DNA of 64,000 nucleotides from Marsupella aquatica (lineage: Eukaryota > Plantae > Marchantiophyta), in NCBI GenBank assembly GCA_973895155.1, contig OZ316892.1:14438861-14502860 (forward strand), given 5' to 3'. Shown here one piece after another: positions 1 through 12,800 of this stretch. Both the position numbers and the translations under genes were made by a program. The first letter of the stretch is position 1; every line of letters begins with the position of its first letter. Below the pieces are notes generated by a model, which did not search any database, had not been told where the DNA came from, and saw nothing but the letters and a program-made list of their open reading frames with translations.

Positions 1-2757
1 TGTTCTATCTCCAGAAACGGAAATTGCATAATTACCGTGCGGGGCTGACACTTTTGTAAGACGGTTTTCAATAACTTTTAAGAATTAGAGAGGGAGGCTG
101 CCTTATTTGATATAAGGTGTTCCGGCGACGCAGATACTAAACATGATTTCCTTCGGATGTTCTGAAACACATGAGTTTTAGCTTCTTAACATATTAAAAG
201 TAGACAGGTAGCTCTGATGAGGCCGTGCAGTCGATTGTGTCTGGGAAATTTCGGAACTGCGAAGTCCATCCTTTGGCTGAGAGTTTTGAAATCATAGTAT
301 ACTTATTGTATGTGGGTGATGTTCCCTGGAAGAGGGACTGTCTTTCTCTGCAGATTTGGTTGAGTCCAGACTAAAGTTTATTATTATTACAAGATTATTC
401 AAGGAGTGAAGTGTCAGGGAAGTGTAATCATTTGAGTATTCTTTATGCAGGCGAAGACAAAGTGTAAAGCATGATTTCTTTTGAAAGAGGTCATTGCATA
501 CATAGTGCGTGTGTAGTATCATTACATCTGGTAGAGTGCGACCTTCGGTGCTTATCTGTTCCCGTGCATCTGCTTCAAGTCCTGGATTGTATATCATTGA
601 ATCAAGATTCTAAGTCGAGATAGGTCGTTCTGTAAGAGGATGATGGGTACTTTTGCTTCGAGGGTTTCGTTGATTGTTACTTTCGGCTTTCGGAAAGGCG
701 GGAGCACGATTGGTAGGATAGAGGCACATCGAAGATACACGACTAGGGGCACAGCCACAATTTTGCGGGGTTTTACTGGAAGAGGTTGTGTAGCACCCAA
801 GCGATGGCTGAGGCTGCACAATTGAACATTTCTGCTCTTTGAAATGATAGGAGGCACTGCATTGTCTGGCTAATGTTTCTACTGGTTTAAAAGCCTCCAT
901 TGTCTGACGCTGCGTTCTGTCTGACTGGTATCTTAAATTTTAGGCAGGAATTGACTTTACTCCTTTGGAGGTTTTGGTTTTGCTGATCGTCTTTCATCAT
1001 TCCTCTTAGGACAAGTAGATTTGTCTACTGAGGCGTCCGACAGCAATGGCTTTCCAAGAGTTTAAATCGATGGAACCTTGGATCCTCGTACCTGGGCGTC
1101 GCAAAAGTTCAAATCAATTGAACCAGGGAATCCTCGCACCTGGGCTGTGCACAAGTTCAAGTCAATTGATTGAGGAATCTGCTTGCCTTGGATCTGCACA
1201 ACTGAAGAACGTTCATCAAGTTATTTTTCTTACCCGTGAATTCGACAATCCTGGGCTCTGCAGTTCACAGGTTGAAAATCAATTTCTTCTTACTATGAAG
1301 TCAACGCGGGAGGGTCTTTTAGGGTAAGGGACTGGAGGATTGTAGAGCTGACGCTTACAGACCCGGTACAGTCAGTTCCAGAATATAGCACATAAGCGGC
1401 AACTCGGACGTTAGAGATAGCGTAGACTTTTATTCATCCAAGAGTGAATAACGTTTACTGAAATTGTGTAGATCATCGATGTGGGAACTTGTAAATTTGG
1501 ATCGGTCCGGTGACTGTGCTGAGTTATCCTGGGTTCGCAACTTCTCTTTTAATAACTTTTTTAACTCTTTGTTGTGGGATTTTATGCAAGGGTCTACGAA
1601 TGAATGGGTTCCAGTAAGAATTTTTCACGTCCACGGGAATTGCCAAAAGGCAACATCGGTCTGTTAATTGGCGCTCCACAGGACCTTTACTCCCTAGTTT
1701 TGTACGTGAATAAGCTTGCTTGACGCTACAGAGATGGAAAATCCCAATAAGCCCAACCTTTTGGCAATTCCCGGAGAACTCGGATAGACCTGGATGTCTC
1801 CTCTCGCAAGACGGTGTAAAGGTGCATCCAGGTTTACACCTCTTCGACTCCCGAGATAACACGTCAATTGGCTAGTTTCGATGTAAAGAAGCTTGCGTGA
1901 AAGTGAACCAGGTTGAAGACCAGTAACTCAAATCACACTTTTCATGCTGTGTGATTTGTCCTCCAAATATCAATATCTTGGGTGAGCTCCAAAGGCTTTT
2001 CCTGCAAAATCCCAATAAGCCCAACCCTGGAAGGTAGTAAATTTTGTTATTGATTCTCCCTCGTGTCTCCACCAAACCTTCAGTGAACTCGTAGTTTAAA
2101 TTGTGGGTCTGACGTTCTCGTTTCTAATCGGATTGGTGCTCAGAAATGTGACAAGACGACAAATCAAATCAAGCCATGGCCTAGAAGAATGGAGGAATCC
2201 CTAGCATATTACTTTAGCAGATTATCTGCTCAATGGAGTTCCAAAATCTGTTCGATAAGATGGGTCTAGCTCTTCGAGAGGGGGTCACTCTCAGTCCTCC
2301 GAAAGCGAGCAGGAATTGGAACGATAGAAAGTAAGACATGACATCGAAGGTACACGATCAGAAATACTCAGACAGCTACACCCCATTAAAATTTGGATAC
2401 TTTTGATCGTATCATTTAACCCAGTACAAACTTTGGTCCACTCAGTCTATAATTGGTGCTAGGGCAGGAATTTCTCTTTGCTTCTTTCCAGGTTCAGGTT
2501 GTTCTTCTGTTTTCAACGTCGGTGGCCAAACGCTCGCACAAACTCAAACTTGGTCGAGGAAATGCTTTCAAATCGTTGGCTCCCAGGCTCTCTATGTTGC
2601 TTTTTGAAGCCAGGTCCGCCTTTGATCTATTTCTAATGTGCCCATGGATACAAGCCCCTGCACGGTACGGGTAGCTTGGGCTGCTCCCTAGAAGGGCAAG
2701 TCATCATGAGATCTTAAGGTGGGCCCCGAAAGAATTTTTCCTGTCTTGGTTATTATC

Positions 2758-3050
2758 TACGATGAAATTAGGAGAGCACTCACATGACAGTCGCTTCATT
2801 GCATGACTGATGTCTAGGTCCCCTTACATCTACCTACTCAATTCCATAATGGCATCATAATCTGCCCTTCTGACCTATTCGGGCCGAACACTAGTTATAA
2901 TTTACGATGCAATTAGGAGAGCACTCACATTACAGTCGCTTCATTGCATTACTGATGTCTAGGTCCTATTACATCTAGATACTCAATTCCAGATTGCAAT
3001 CGTAATCTGCCCGTCTGACCCATCCGGGTCTAACACTGGTGAAATGACGA
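2758..3050. repeat. ~145-bp tandem duplication (2 copies) overlapping the Aurora stop codon and 3' UTR
   Basis: TACGATG(A/C)AATTAGGAGAGCACTCACAT...TCTGACC starts at 2758 and again at 2903. Confidence 0.9.
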
Positions 3051-6000
3051 CAACGAAGGGTTAGGTGCACCATTTGCACCAAGGTTGGTGACAATCCAAG
3101 GATGGCACAAAACTTGACTTAAAGGTAACCTGTGAGAAGAATTCTTCACCAACAGCTGTCTCACACAAGCCACAGAACAGCCATTGGTTAGATATGTCTC
3201 TAAAACAGTCATAAGAATCCAGTCCCATGTGACAGGATTACATCCAATGCCCCGATTGAATTCTGTTTCTTCAGCTAGAGTCACAAGAAATAGTAGCCAT
3301 GCTGCTTCTTTTGAAGAGTTTAAGACAGAAAACGAGTTGACTGTTGGCTCAACAGGACCATCACAGAAGCTAAAATCGACGACAAACCTTGGAAATCAAG
3401 TCCTTCGCAGGAGCAGACACGATCGGTTTTTGCGGGAACTTCAGATCAACTTTGACAATGCTGCAATTCCACGCATGCAGGTACAAAGTTTCAGCTACAA
3501 GGAAATAACAAATACAAGACGTTGCTATGAGAAAGGAGGCATCAATTGTGCGCCGTGATAACGCAGAAAACAAATTCCGGTAGCCATTGACGAAAAGGGA
3601 AAAGTCGTATGGCATTCCATATTGCGTCGAAGTCCTGACACAACTTTAGAGCAGATTCTTAAGGAGAAACGGTCCTGACAACGTCAACACGCTTTTCAAG
3701 CACCGGACCATGAATCCTGGATACCTCTCCAAACTCCATGGTCGTTAAAAGAGGGCGATTTACATATACGTACAAATTCGATCAAGCCCACGCTAGGAAA
3801 TACCGTTTATATGTGTCCGCGTGTTTGGCGGCTTCGAAAGGTGGAAACCCGTACAAAAATTCGAAGCAAAGAATGCCGAGACTCCACACGTCCACACCGG
3901 TATCATGCTCTTTCCCTTCCACTGCATACAGGTCAGGGACAAAATTATCTCCTCCGCCTTCTATTCCAGATGGCCCTATGAACAACAGATTCGGTTCTGG
4001 TATTGCTGTCCAGCCCGTAAAATCAGCGGCAAGCTTGTTTCGTACCAGACATCAAGATTTCGCCCCACACTGGAATAGCTTAGTACACTCTTCTGACCAC
4101 ATTCGAAATACACTGCAGCGGAATGTGCTAATTTTGAGGGTTAGATTCAACCGGAACCACTGCGGGCTGGGAATAGAACCATGTAAGAGCTTTTCAGATA
4201 GGAATTGAAGTGGCCGTTCACCGAGGGTGGGCAGTGAAATTCAAGAGACTAGCCATGAAGATTTGATCCCCAACCTTGACTAGTTGTATAATGATCTGAC
4301 CTACGGATTTCAGACTCTGACAAAACTTCATCACTAGATTGAGGTACAAAGGAGATGTACTACGTAAAAGCTAAGGTCTAGGCCTAGACCTAGCTTCCAC
4401 ACGTGGACAAGTACAAATTCAGTCATTCTGCAATTGCGATCGGGAAACCTACCCATCTCAGGAGGAAGATAATCCAGCGTCCCGCACAACGTTTTTCTTC
4501 TGTTGCACGTGTGTACAGACCAGCCAAAATCCGCTATCTTCAACTCTCCCTGTCATTAAAGCCATAACTGGTAAGGCCACGTTGAAAAATACATTCAAAA
4601 TCAACTTAATTAAAAAAATTGTAGTAGTTTCAGTAGAGAAACCCATGGAATGTTGCAAACCTAGCTGCAGCTGCAGCAAGATCTACGTAGGAATAAGGTA
4701 AATTTTTCTTAAAATACGACTAAAACGCATAATTTTGAAGGACTTGTGAGGAGGTTGCTACCCTGATTCCAAGCAACAGATTTTCTGGTTTGATGTCTCG
4801 ATGTATAACGTGCTTCTCGTGGCAGTACGTCAACGCGTGCGCCAATGAGGCGATGTACTGGTTACAGTGAGTAAGCACAATTTAGTGTACTGACATTTTT
4901 ATGAACAGAACGAGAATCTCCCTCGTGAGACCCAGATCTGTACACACTTCATACTGTGATTAAGCTCAAGTTAACCCCAACATCCGTTCTACATGCACGG
5001 GACTCGGAGATTATTCATTAAAACGTAACAAATCTTACCGTTGCGGCCCGCTTTTCGCTGAAGACTTTGCACCGTTGAAGCTCCTTATACAGTTCTCCTT
5101 TGGCAGCATACTCGAGAATAAGATATACACGCGCCTGCGCACGACGACTCTTTTCAGTCTCTCTCTCTCCATCTCTCATTTTCAGTTAACCTTGTACTGC
5201 GTCGTTCCCATCTCCGTTTCGGTTCCCCATGAGCACTATATTCATTCATTCATTTCCGCTGTGTGGTTCCATGCTTAGAACCTTTCTTCCACTTAAATTC
5301 TGGCTCTCAACTTGACAAGTGCTATTGGCTTTATTTACACCCTATCCTTAGAACCAACATCCAACTACAGCAATTCAATTCTCTTCGACGCAAACCTTCC
5401 TCTCTTACGCTCTACATTACAAATCTAGACAGATATGCCAACACATATCTGGGAAATCAACCAATTGTGCACTTTTGGTTCTATAATATGGCTAGAGTAC
5501 TAGGGAATTGGGAAACGACCTACAATCTTAGTCATTTATCTTACAGACACAACAACTGAAGATACAGCATTCCAGCCCTCTCTAAGAAATTATGGTTTCT
5601 CTTTGATCCTAGAAAGCTGGTGTTGCAATCCCTTGCCTGGAACTTCTGGCTTCTTCCAAAAATTAGAGATCTGCCATAAGCAGGAAATTGCGGGAATGGG
5701 ACCAACGCATTGATAGTGTGGGATCCTCATCCGATAGAGATGACAAAATCTGCGACGATAGTTTGAGAGCAATTACAGAAAGCAGAACGAAGAAACTAGT
5801 ACTAAAAGGTCGGCGCCACTTCCTACTATTTAACATTGATAAGAATCCTACTTCCACCGTTCTATAACAAATTACTACAGTAGATGTGGCCTTTCTTTAT
5901 CTAAACACGTTAAGTGTGCATTTGTTATCTCATTGTAGTGGAGAAGTTAGAGGCAAATCATCAGTCATCCCGTTCAGTTTCTAGGTTAGTGCCAGCAGGG

Positions 6001-7383
6001 GTTTCTGAATCGTCATGATCGACTTTCGACACACCGCGATTTGTTCAACGTGAAATGTCCTGCCCAAACAGAACCTAAGGCCGGTGTGTTCGCTCTATAC
6101 TTCGGAGCGAGCCTTAAAACACGAATAATAGCTATGACAGCAGCTGCTTTAGATCTAGCGTTGGAGGCTTTGACTAGAGAGTAGGATTTGGGGAACGATC
6201 TACCAGAATAAATAGTCAACTATCTTACAGGCACTGAGTTGGCCCTGCAATCACTTGCCCGGATTTCGAGATCTGCCTTTTAAACACGAAACTCGGGCAT
6301 AGGACAAATGCATTGATCATAATTATCACCCGCCGAAGCTACCTGAGTTCCGTCAAGGTTCCCAAAGAATAACAATGATCTATAAATGCAAACACTCCAC
6401 CTTAATCGTACTCCTTCTCTATCTTGAACTCCAGTTTTCTATAGGCAGTAATTATAGCCTACTCACGTGTTTCCGGCTTCTTCTGAACATTCGAGATCAC
6501 TCTAAATCTTGAAGTCGTGTTTTCTTCTTGACCATCAATTGTGTCAGAGATTCACTCCTCAACCATGCAACTACTAATTCTAGTCTACTAACGTTTCTCC
6601 TTTCGATTCGCAGGAAAACACTTGGTGGTTTGCAAGGTATAGAAAGCCTTCGTCCCACAATGCCGTATAAGACGAGCCCGCAAGTTTTCACAAGGTACTG
6701 CATAGACTAAACGCCTTTCCCAATTTCTTAGACAAGCTGAAGAACGAAGGCAGGGTATGTGAAGCTTACCGAATCATAGAAGTAACCATAGAGACGAAGG
6801 ATATTTGGATGCCGGAGATGACTCTGAATTTCAATTTCACGACGTAGCTGGTGTTCGACCTGCGACTGCTCCAGCTGGTTCTTGTAGAGCACCTTCAATG
6901 CTACAACGTACTTGCTCTGTACATTGCAAAAAGCCCTCTCGACTGACTGTTAGTGAGAAAGCAAAATAAGGCAAGACGATTCAAAACAAAATGCTTTTCC
7001 CTTACGACCGAATTGAAGATTAGACTTACTCTTTTCTCTCGTGCCAGATACACATTTCCAAACTTCCCACGCCCCAATGGTTTACCAATATCGAAGTCAT
7101 CTATACACCATCTCTTGTCCTCATTTTTCGACGTCGCTTCAGCCGCCCCTTGGCGGATCTGGGCAGGTCGTTACGAGCGAAAAACTCAGACCGGGGGAAG
7201 TAATTTCGTCACAAAGATGAACAATTCACATATAATTATAAGCAACCAAGGGCATTCCGAAGGGATCCCGAAACAAGAGAAGCACAGTAAGTGCAAGACA
7301 CAGCCAACCACAAAGGAAATGAATGATAAATCACTAAATGGGACGCAACCAACTACCCTGCTTTCGTCTGGAGCTTCAACCAT
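3030..7383 (-). CDS. AUR: Aurora-family Ser/Thr kinase, 9 exons, ~302 aa
   Basis: Exons 7383-7357, 7158-7030, 6916-6770, 5134-5039, 4857-4762, 4549-4453, 3921-3804, 3460-3388 and 3155-3030, all GT-AG and phase-consistent. Motifs: [92 protein letters not shown]. Confidence 0.96.
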
Positions 7384-8640
7384 CGCGCCTCCAACTCCTC
7401 CTCCTCCTCCTCCTCCTCCCTACACTCCGTCCTCGTCTTTCCCTTCAGTCTTTGCGCTGCTGCTGCTGCTGACGCAGTCTAGACCAGTCCTCCCGACCTC
7501 GATCTTCGTCTGTCCTTCCTTGCTCCGTGAATGGCTCAATTGTTTACTTGCTGGCCGACGATACATTCGCAAGTCGGAGCAGAGCAGAGTACTGCACACT
7601 GCAGGAGCGCTCGTTCGCGCGATTTGCTGAGTGAGCGCCCCGCCCCGCGCCAACGATTGCGAGCAGGCAGGCCGCAGGCGGCATGCAAGACGAAATTTGA
7701 AATTCTCCTCTTCCTCTCCCCCGCCCCGCCCCGAACGTAACTCCAGGCTCCACCGTCATCTCCTACAGTCATCTCCTACAGTCATCTCCCACAGTAGCTT
7801 CCGTACTCCCACACACAGTACAGTACGTAACTCCAGGCTCCACCGTCTTCCACCGTCGTCTCCTACAGTACCCAGCAGTACCAAACGCGCTGCCAAACAC
7901 ATGTGTGATCATGTTTGGAGGCACTGTCTTATCTACAATTATTCTTGGGAGGAGCTGGGGCTCACCATTCCAAAAAAAAATGTGTTTGATCAAATGATTT
8001 TTAATTTTTGTTGTCATTTATTAGTTTATCAACATTTATTAGTTTATCAAATAAATGAATTTTATTTATTTTGTCATCATGGACCCATGGGAAGCTCTTT
8101 TCAAAATCCCTGGAAGCATGTGCGGTCATATTAGCACTATTATCACAAACAAGAAAAATTAATTATGCACAAATAACCAAACATGACTATTTGTAGAGAA
8201 GACAAAGAAATACAGTTTAACCTCGTAAGTTAAAAAACAATGATAAGACTAAGACATTCACTTCAAATAAACAAAGAAATGGGTAAACAGAGGTTTGAAT
8301 GTTTCTATTTGATTGTCAAACATTTGAAATAACCACGAAAGAATGAAACTAGTATTTAAGGTTACATGCAGGAAAAGTTATAGACTACTAAATTCACGAT
8401 CCATAACTTTTTTCTATAAAGATTGGTCATATGCCATGACCATGAGTCATTGTAGAAGCTACTGGAAAAGAAACAATTTTACATAAACCAGTGAAAATCT
8501 ATGGCCATTTGTTTATGATCAAAAGCCATTATGGGCAACTATGAAGCTTTGAGACAAGCTTATAGATTTTGCCAGTCCAGTTTTAATAATTGCAATGGGG
8601 TCTGGGCTTTCTCGAGTGAAGACTCTAGACTATGATTACA

Positions 8641-8772
8641 AGATTTTATGTATGTCAAACTGAAGATCATACCACCAAAATTTAAGATTTTATGTATGTC
8701 AAACCCAAGATCATACCACCAATATTTAAGATTTTATGTATGTCAAACTGAAGATCATACCACCAAAATTTA
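8641..8772. repeat. 44-bp minisatellite, 3 copies
   Basis: AGATTTTATGTATGTCAAACTGAAGATCATACCACCAAAATTTA at 8641, 8685 and 8729. Confidence 0.95.
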
Positions 8773-9871
8773 TGTGGATGGAAGAAATACGATGGTTTCT
8801 GGAAGCAGCAGTCTTGTAGAAGCATTTGCTGTGGGCATGGCAGGGCAGGGAGAGGGAATTGCTGCCGAAGGAATGAGGTTGGTGGATTGATGGAGCTGGA
8901 TCGTGTGTTGAAAGCTTTTAAGTCGAAGTTTGAGGCAACATTGCCTGAGATGACCCTGCTGAGTTGCAGAGAGGAGGGGAGAGTACTTTTAGCCACACAG
9001 TAAGTTGTGCTACGAGGTTTCAAGCATTCCGGGACCCACAACCAGCACATGCCTCTGCATTTCCCTCTTGCGTGAAGCGGGTCGTCCAAGAGAGAAGATC
9101 AAGGAGCCTGAATTCTCCAAGGAGGCTCTTGCTGCCTTGCCCTTGCTGCTGGTAGAGGCAGAGCAGCAGAGCCAAACCGCAGGGCATGACATGCGGGGAG
9201 AACCGACGAGGAGGTGGAGCAGGTCGGGGTCGCTGCCGGATCTTTGGCGATGGAGAGGGAGGCCAGACTGGATGACAATTTGGCAACGGAGTACATGGAA
9301 GTCATACCTGCAGCTTTTGGTGTGTACCTAGGAGAACATCATTGTCTCTCCAAACTTTGCCAATTATTATGAGGTTGCTGCTCAAAACTAGTACTAGGTG
9401 GATTTCATGAGCATTGTCCAGATTGATCTCTTAAAGGCACTGAAAGCAATAGCATTACTGCAACCTTGTACTGTGGTTCTGGAATTCTTCTTTGATACAC
9501 ACTGCACCTTCTGCGCCAGAGAAACTGAAGAACGAGCCTCAACAATCGCATTCAGAACTGTTACGATCCTACATGATTCGTTCCTTTACTCAACGACTTC
9601 TTGTCTTCGTCTTCAGTCCTCTACAGCAGGTATTCTTCTTAACCCAGTTTGTGAGGTGCAGGGTTCTAAAATCACGACAAGATAAGTTTTTGCACTGTGC
9701 CATACAATCTTCACTTACACTTCCTTCTTGTGAGAAGAACTCCAGGGTCAGCCACGTAAGCTATGGCAAGAGCACTGCCGCAATGGGTTGCTAAAGGCAA
9801 CTGCCTGGTTGCCTTTGAGTGTTCGAGGTAGCACCAGCACGAAAACATTGTAGTAACATCATAGCGCAACG

Positions 9872-12800
9872 ATGGAAAGCACTGCGATTGTAACCCAGGG
9901 ACGACTGTGGAAGAGGCTTGCCACACCAAGAGCCTCTTGTATGCCTTCCAAATGGTCTAATTGTGCCAATTGGGGTCAATTTCGATCTCTTGATCTTCAG
10001 CTGGGTCGTTGCACTCCAGCTCGAAGTGCTACGTCCGGATTGAGTGCCCATCACGAGAAGCACAACGAAGGTGCAACTGCTGCTTCCTCTACTTATGAAT
10101 TTTTCAGCTTTTCATTTCGGGATAGTTTGGGTTGACGGTCTTCCGAGTTTTTGGAATTCTATACTTTTGCCCGCAGCAACATACTTACATGAGATAAGTA
10201 GCTCACAGGTAGGTTCAAGCTTTGTAACATTTCATTTAAGTCAATGTTCGGTGTGGGTTGAATTTTTGATTCAGGCGTGTACTGAGTCGTTAGTTTTTTT
10301 TCAATTTGTTTGGCAGCTGAATGTGCAAAAGTATCTATCGATGGAGGTTGGGAGTTAATGAGGTGTCAATTGCGTTCAAGGGCCTCAAGGTCCACATCTC
10401 CAGAGATTTCATTAAGGGAAGGGCACTGGGTGAAGCTCATTTGTGGAGCTAGCTTTGAGGTCAGTGATAAGAAATGGCACAACACAATTAAAGATTGGTA
10501 ATCCAACTCCCTAGTTTGCTTAGGTCACCTCCCTGCGCAAGAGGGAGTGACAGAAGACCGACAAACACTGCTTTTGTTTTTTTCTTAGATCGCTGAGTGG
10601 CCATCGAAGGCAATTATTTTCCTTCCCGTTTGTTCACTTAAGTGTTGGTTGTTTGGCAGCGAAGATTTCTCAGTCATTAGTTATTCCATCTCTATGTATC
10701 ATGTGGGACGTACTTCAAGTGGGACTAGTGGCAGAGTAAAGAAATATTTGACTCCATGTGGCAGGATCTTGCAGAAGTTCGGAATTTGTCTCTGGTATAT
10801 ACATTAGCTGGCGGTAAGTCACCCTATAGCAGGGCCTGCAAAATCCATCTTTGTGATTGCTATGCATCAAATTGTGACTGTCCGAAATGACGTGGTGGCA
10901 GTGAATTCTGCCTCTGTCCCATGACTTCTCCATCTGTCTAGCCAAATCGAATTTGAATTTTCGCCATGAAGTGCAGCTACTGGTGACTGGTCGTCTTCTG
11001 TGAATTCGTAGACCAACTAATCTAATTTCTTATAAATAGTGGTATGTGGGTGTCCGGCAGTTGATTGCATTGACTGTGCTGCGGATGCGGCTGTTGTTGC
11101 TGCTGTTGTTGAGGGAGTGAATGCGGCGAAGGACTTACTAAAAGATGTAGAAACTCGCCGGCCCTGGATCATGATCAGTGTCAACGATGACGTGGACCCA
11201 CATTTTCGAAAAGCAGGTGTAAACCAGTTATAATGGCTGATCTTCGTAATATTACCAGCTATTGTACCTGGCGACTATTGCATGAAGCTACCAACTTGGG
11301 CAGGTGCTATAGACTAGCATCGTTTCTATTTCCATGAGTAGTAACGGAAGTTCATGTCGGATATTTTGTTGCAAACGTAAGTTGAGTTTGATGGTGTTTC
11401 TTTTGATATGTGGATTTCTACAGAATTCAACTCGGCGTTCTGTCCTTCTGACTGTCCACGGCCTTGTGAAAGTGTGTGCCCTGCTCTAGCCATCAAGTTC
11501 CAAAACCAAAGTGGTGATCCGGAAATGCTTCCAATTCCATTGGTATGTTTCCTGAACTTTCCGGAATTGAGACCAACAAATCAGCAAATACGAAGAATAG
11601 CTTCGAATTTCAGTTTGCTTTCTTTTTAGGTGATCTTACACTTTGAATCACAAGTGTCAGGTATGGTCTATATCGACTTGTCGCACACGTCGATTGAAAC
11701 CTGAACGCGACGCCTGCACAATGTGTACCCTTATCCATGCTTATGATTTTCTTTTGACTGGATAAACAGAGAGCGAAATATGATATGCGTTTCTACCGGA
11801 TGGATTTTGAATGACAGGAAGGCGGAGTTATCACGGAGCGGTGTTACGGTTGTGGCCGATGTCTTTCCGTCTGTCCTATGGGCCTCATCAGTACGTGGCT
11901 TCTTAGCGGTATTTTCAGTTCGTGATGGCAAATTTGTGGATTGAAGAGAATAAAGCAATTAACCTTTTTATTCTGCTTTCAAACTGTTCCTTCACAGTTT
12001 CAAATGCTCCGAGAGAACTCAGTCGAATCAATGCCATTATGTGGATTTGTAGGTGCTCGGACCTATGTGAGACCAATTGAGGCGGTAGCTAACTTGATTC
12101 TGAGAACGGAGGTGGATGCAATCGAGATTCATACTGGTGTTGGGTACGTACATTTCTTGCCCAAATCCCTTGCTGTCATGTGGAAGGTCAGTCATCCAAG
12201 TGAAGACAAAGTTTATATGTATATTACCGTGCAGAAGTATGTGGACTTGTTTTCCCATGAAAGAGGGTTAGGATGCCTCGCTGAAACTCATTCTGACCGT
12301 CTCCCACGTAGGGGATGTCAGCGCATTACGTGGAGGAATGCTGTGCAAGGTCTGAAACATTGCTTTATTCTATCATCTTTTGTTTTAACTATTTTTTTGA
12401 AATTCTCATCCAGAACTGATATATTGTGTCCTGACTAGTGTTCTACAGGCACTTGGAAGCTTTTAAGAGCCTTGTGTCTAAGCTGGGAATTACTTTGTCA
12501 TCGTTAAAACTAGTGGCTGTAAGTTGCACAGCTTGTTCCAGATTATGCACCCGTTGTGAATATTTCTCAAGGTTTCTTTCAAGGGTATTTCTTTTCAAAT
12601 AAGTTTTGCAGTGACGAGGATTGAGGGTTTGAAATTCAGTTTCGTAGTTAAACGTGTCAATTTTAAAAATTTATGAATCCAAACTTCTGTCAGGTGCATA
12701 TGCATGACTTCAAATGAGCTTGCCATATTCGGGGTGAAACAGATTATTAGATTGTATCACTGTTCTTTAGACGGATAGTTACAAGTAGACAGGATTGTTG

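Noticed and set aside
292-900. Short minus-strand ORFs at the window start
   Set aside because: No recognisable domain and no consistent splice structure could be built.
4374-4391. 18-bp perfect palindrome AGGTCTAGGCCTAGACCT in an Aurora intron
   Set aside because: It is isolated, too short for a miRNA precursor and has no other support.
6953-7630. 225-aa + strand ORF
   Set aside because: It is an antisense shadow of Aurora exons 1-2 and the low-complexity 5' UTR; poly-Pro/Leu come from CCT and CTG microsatellites.
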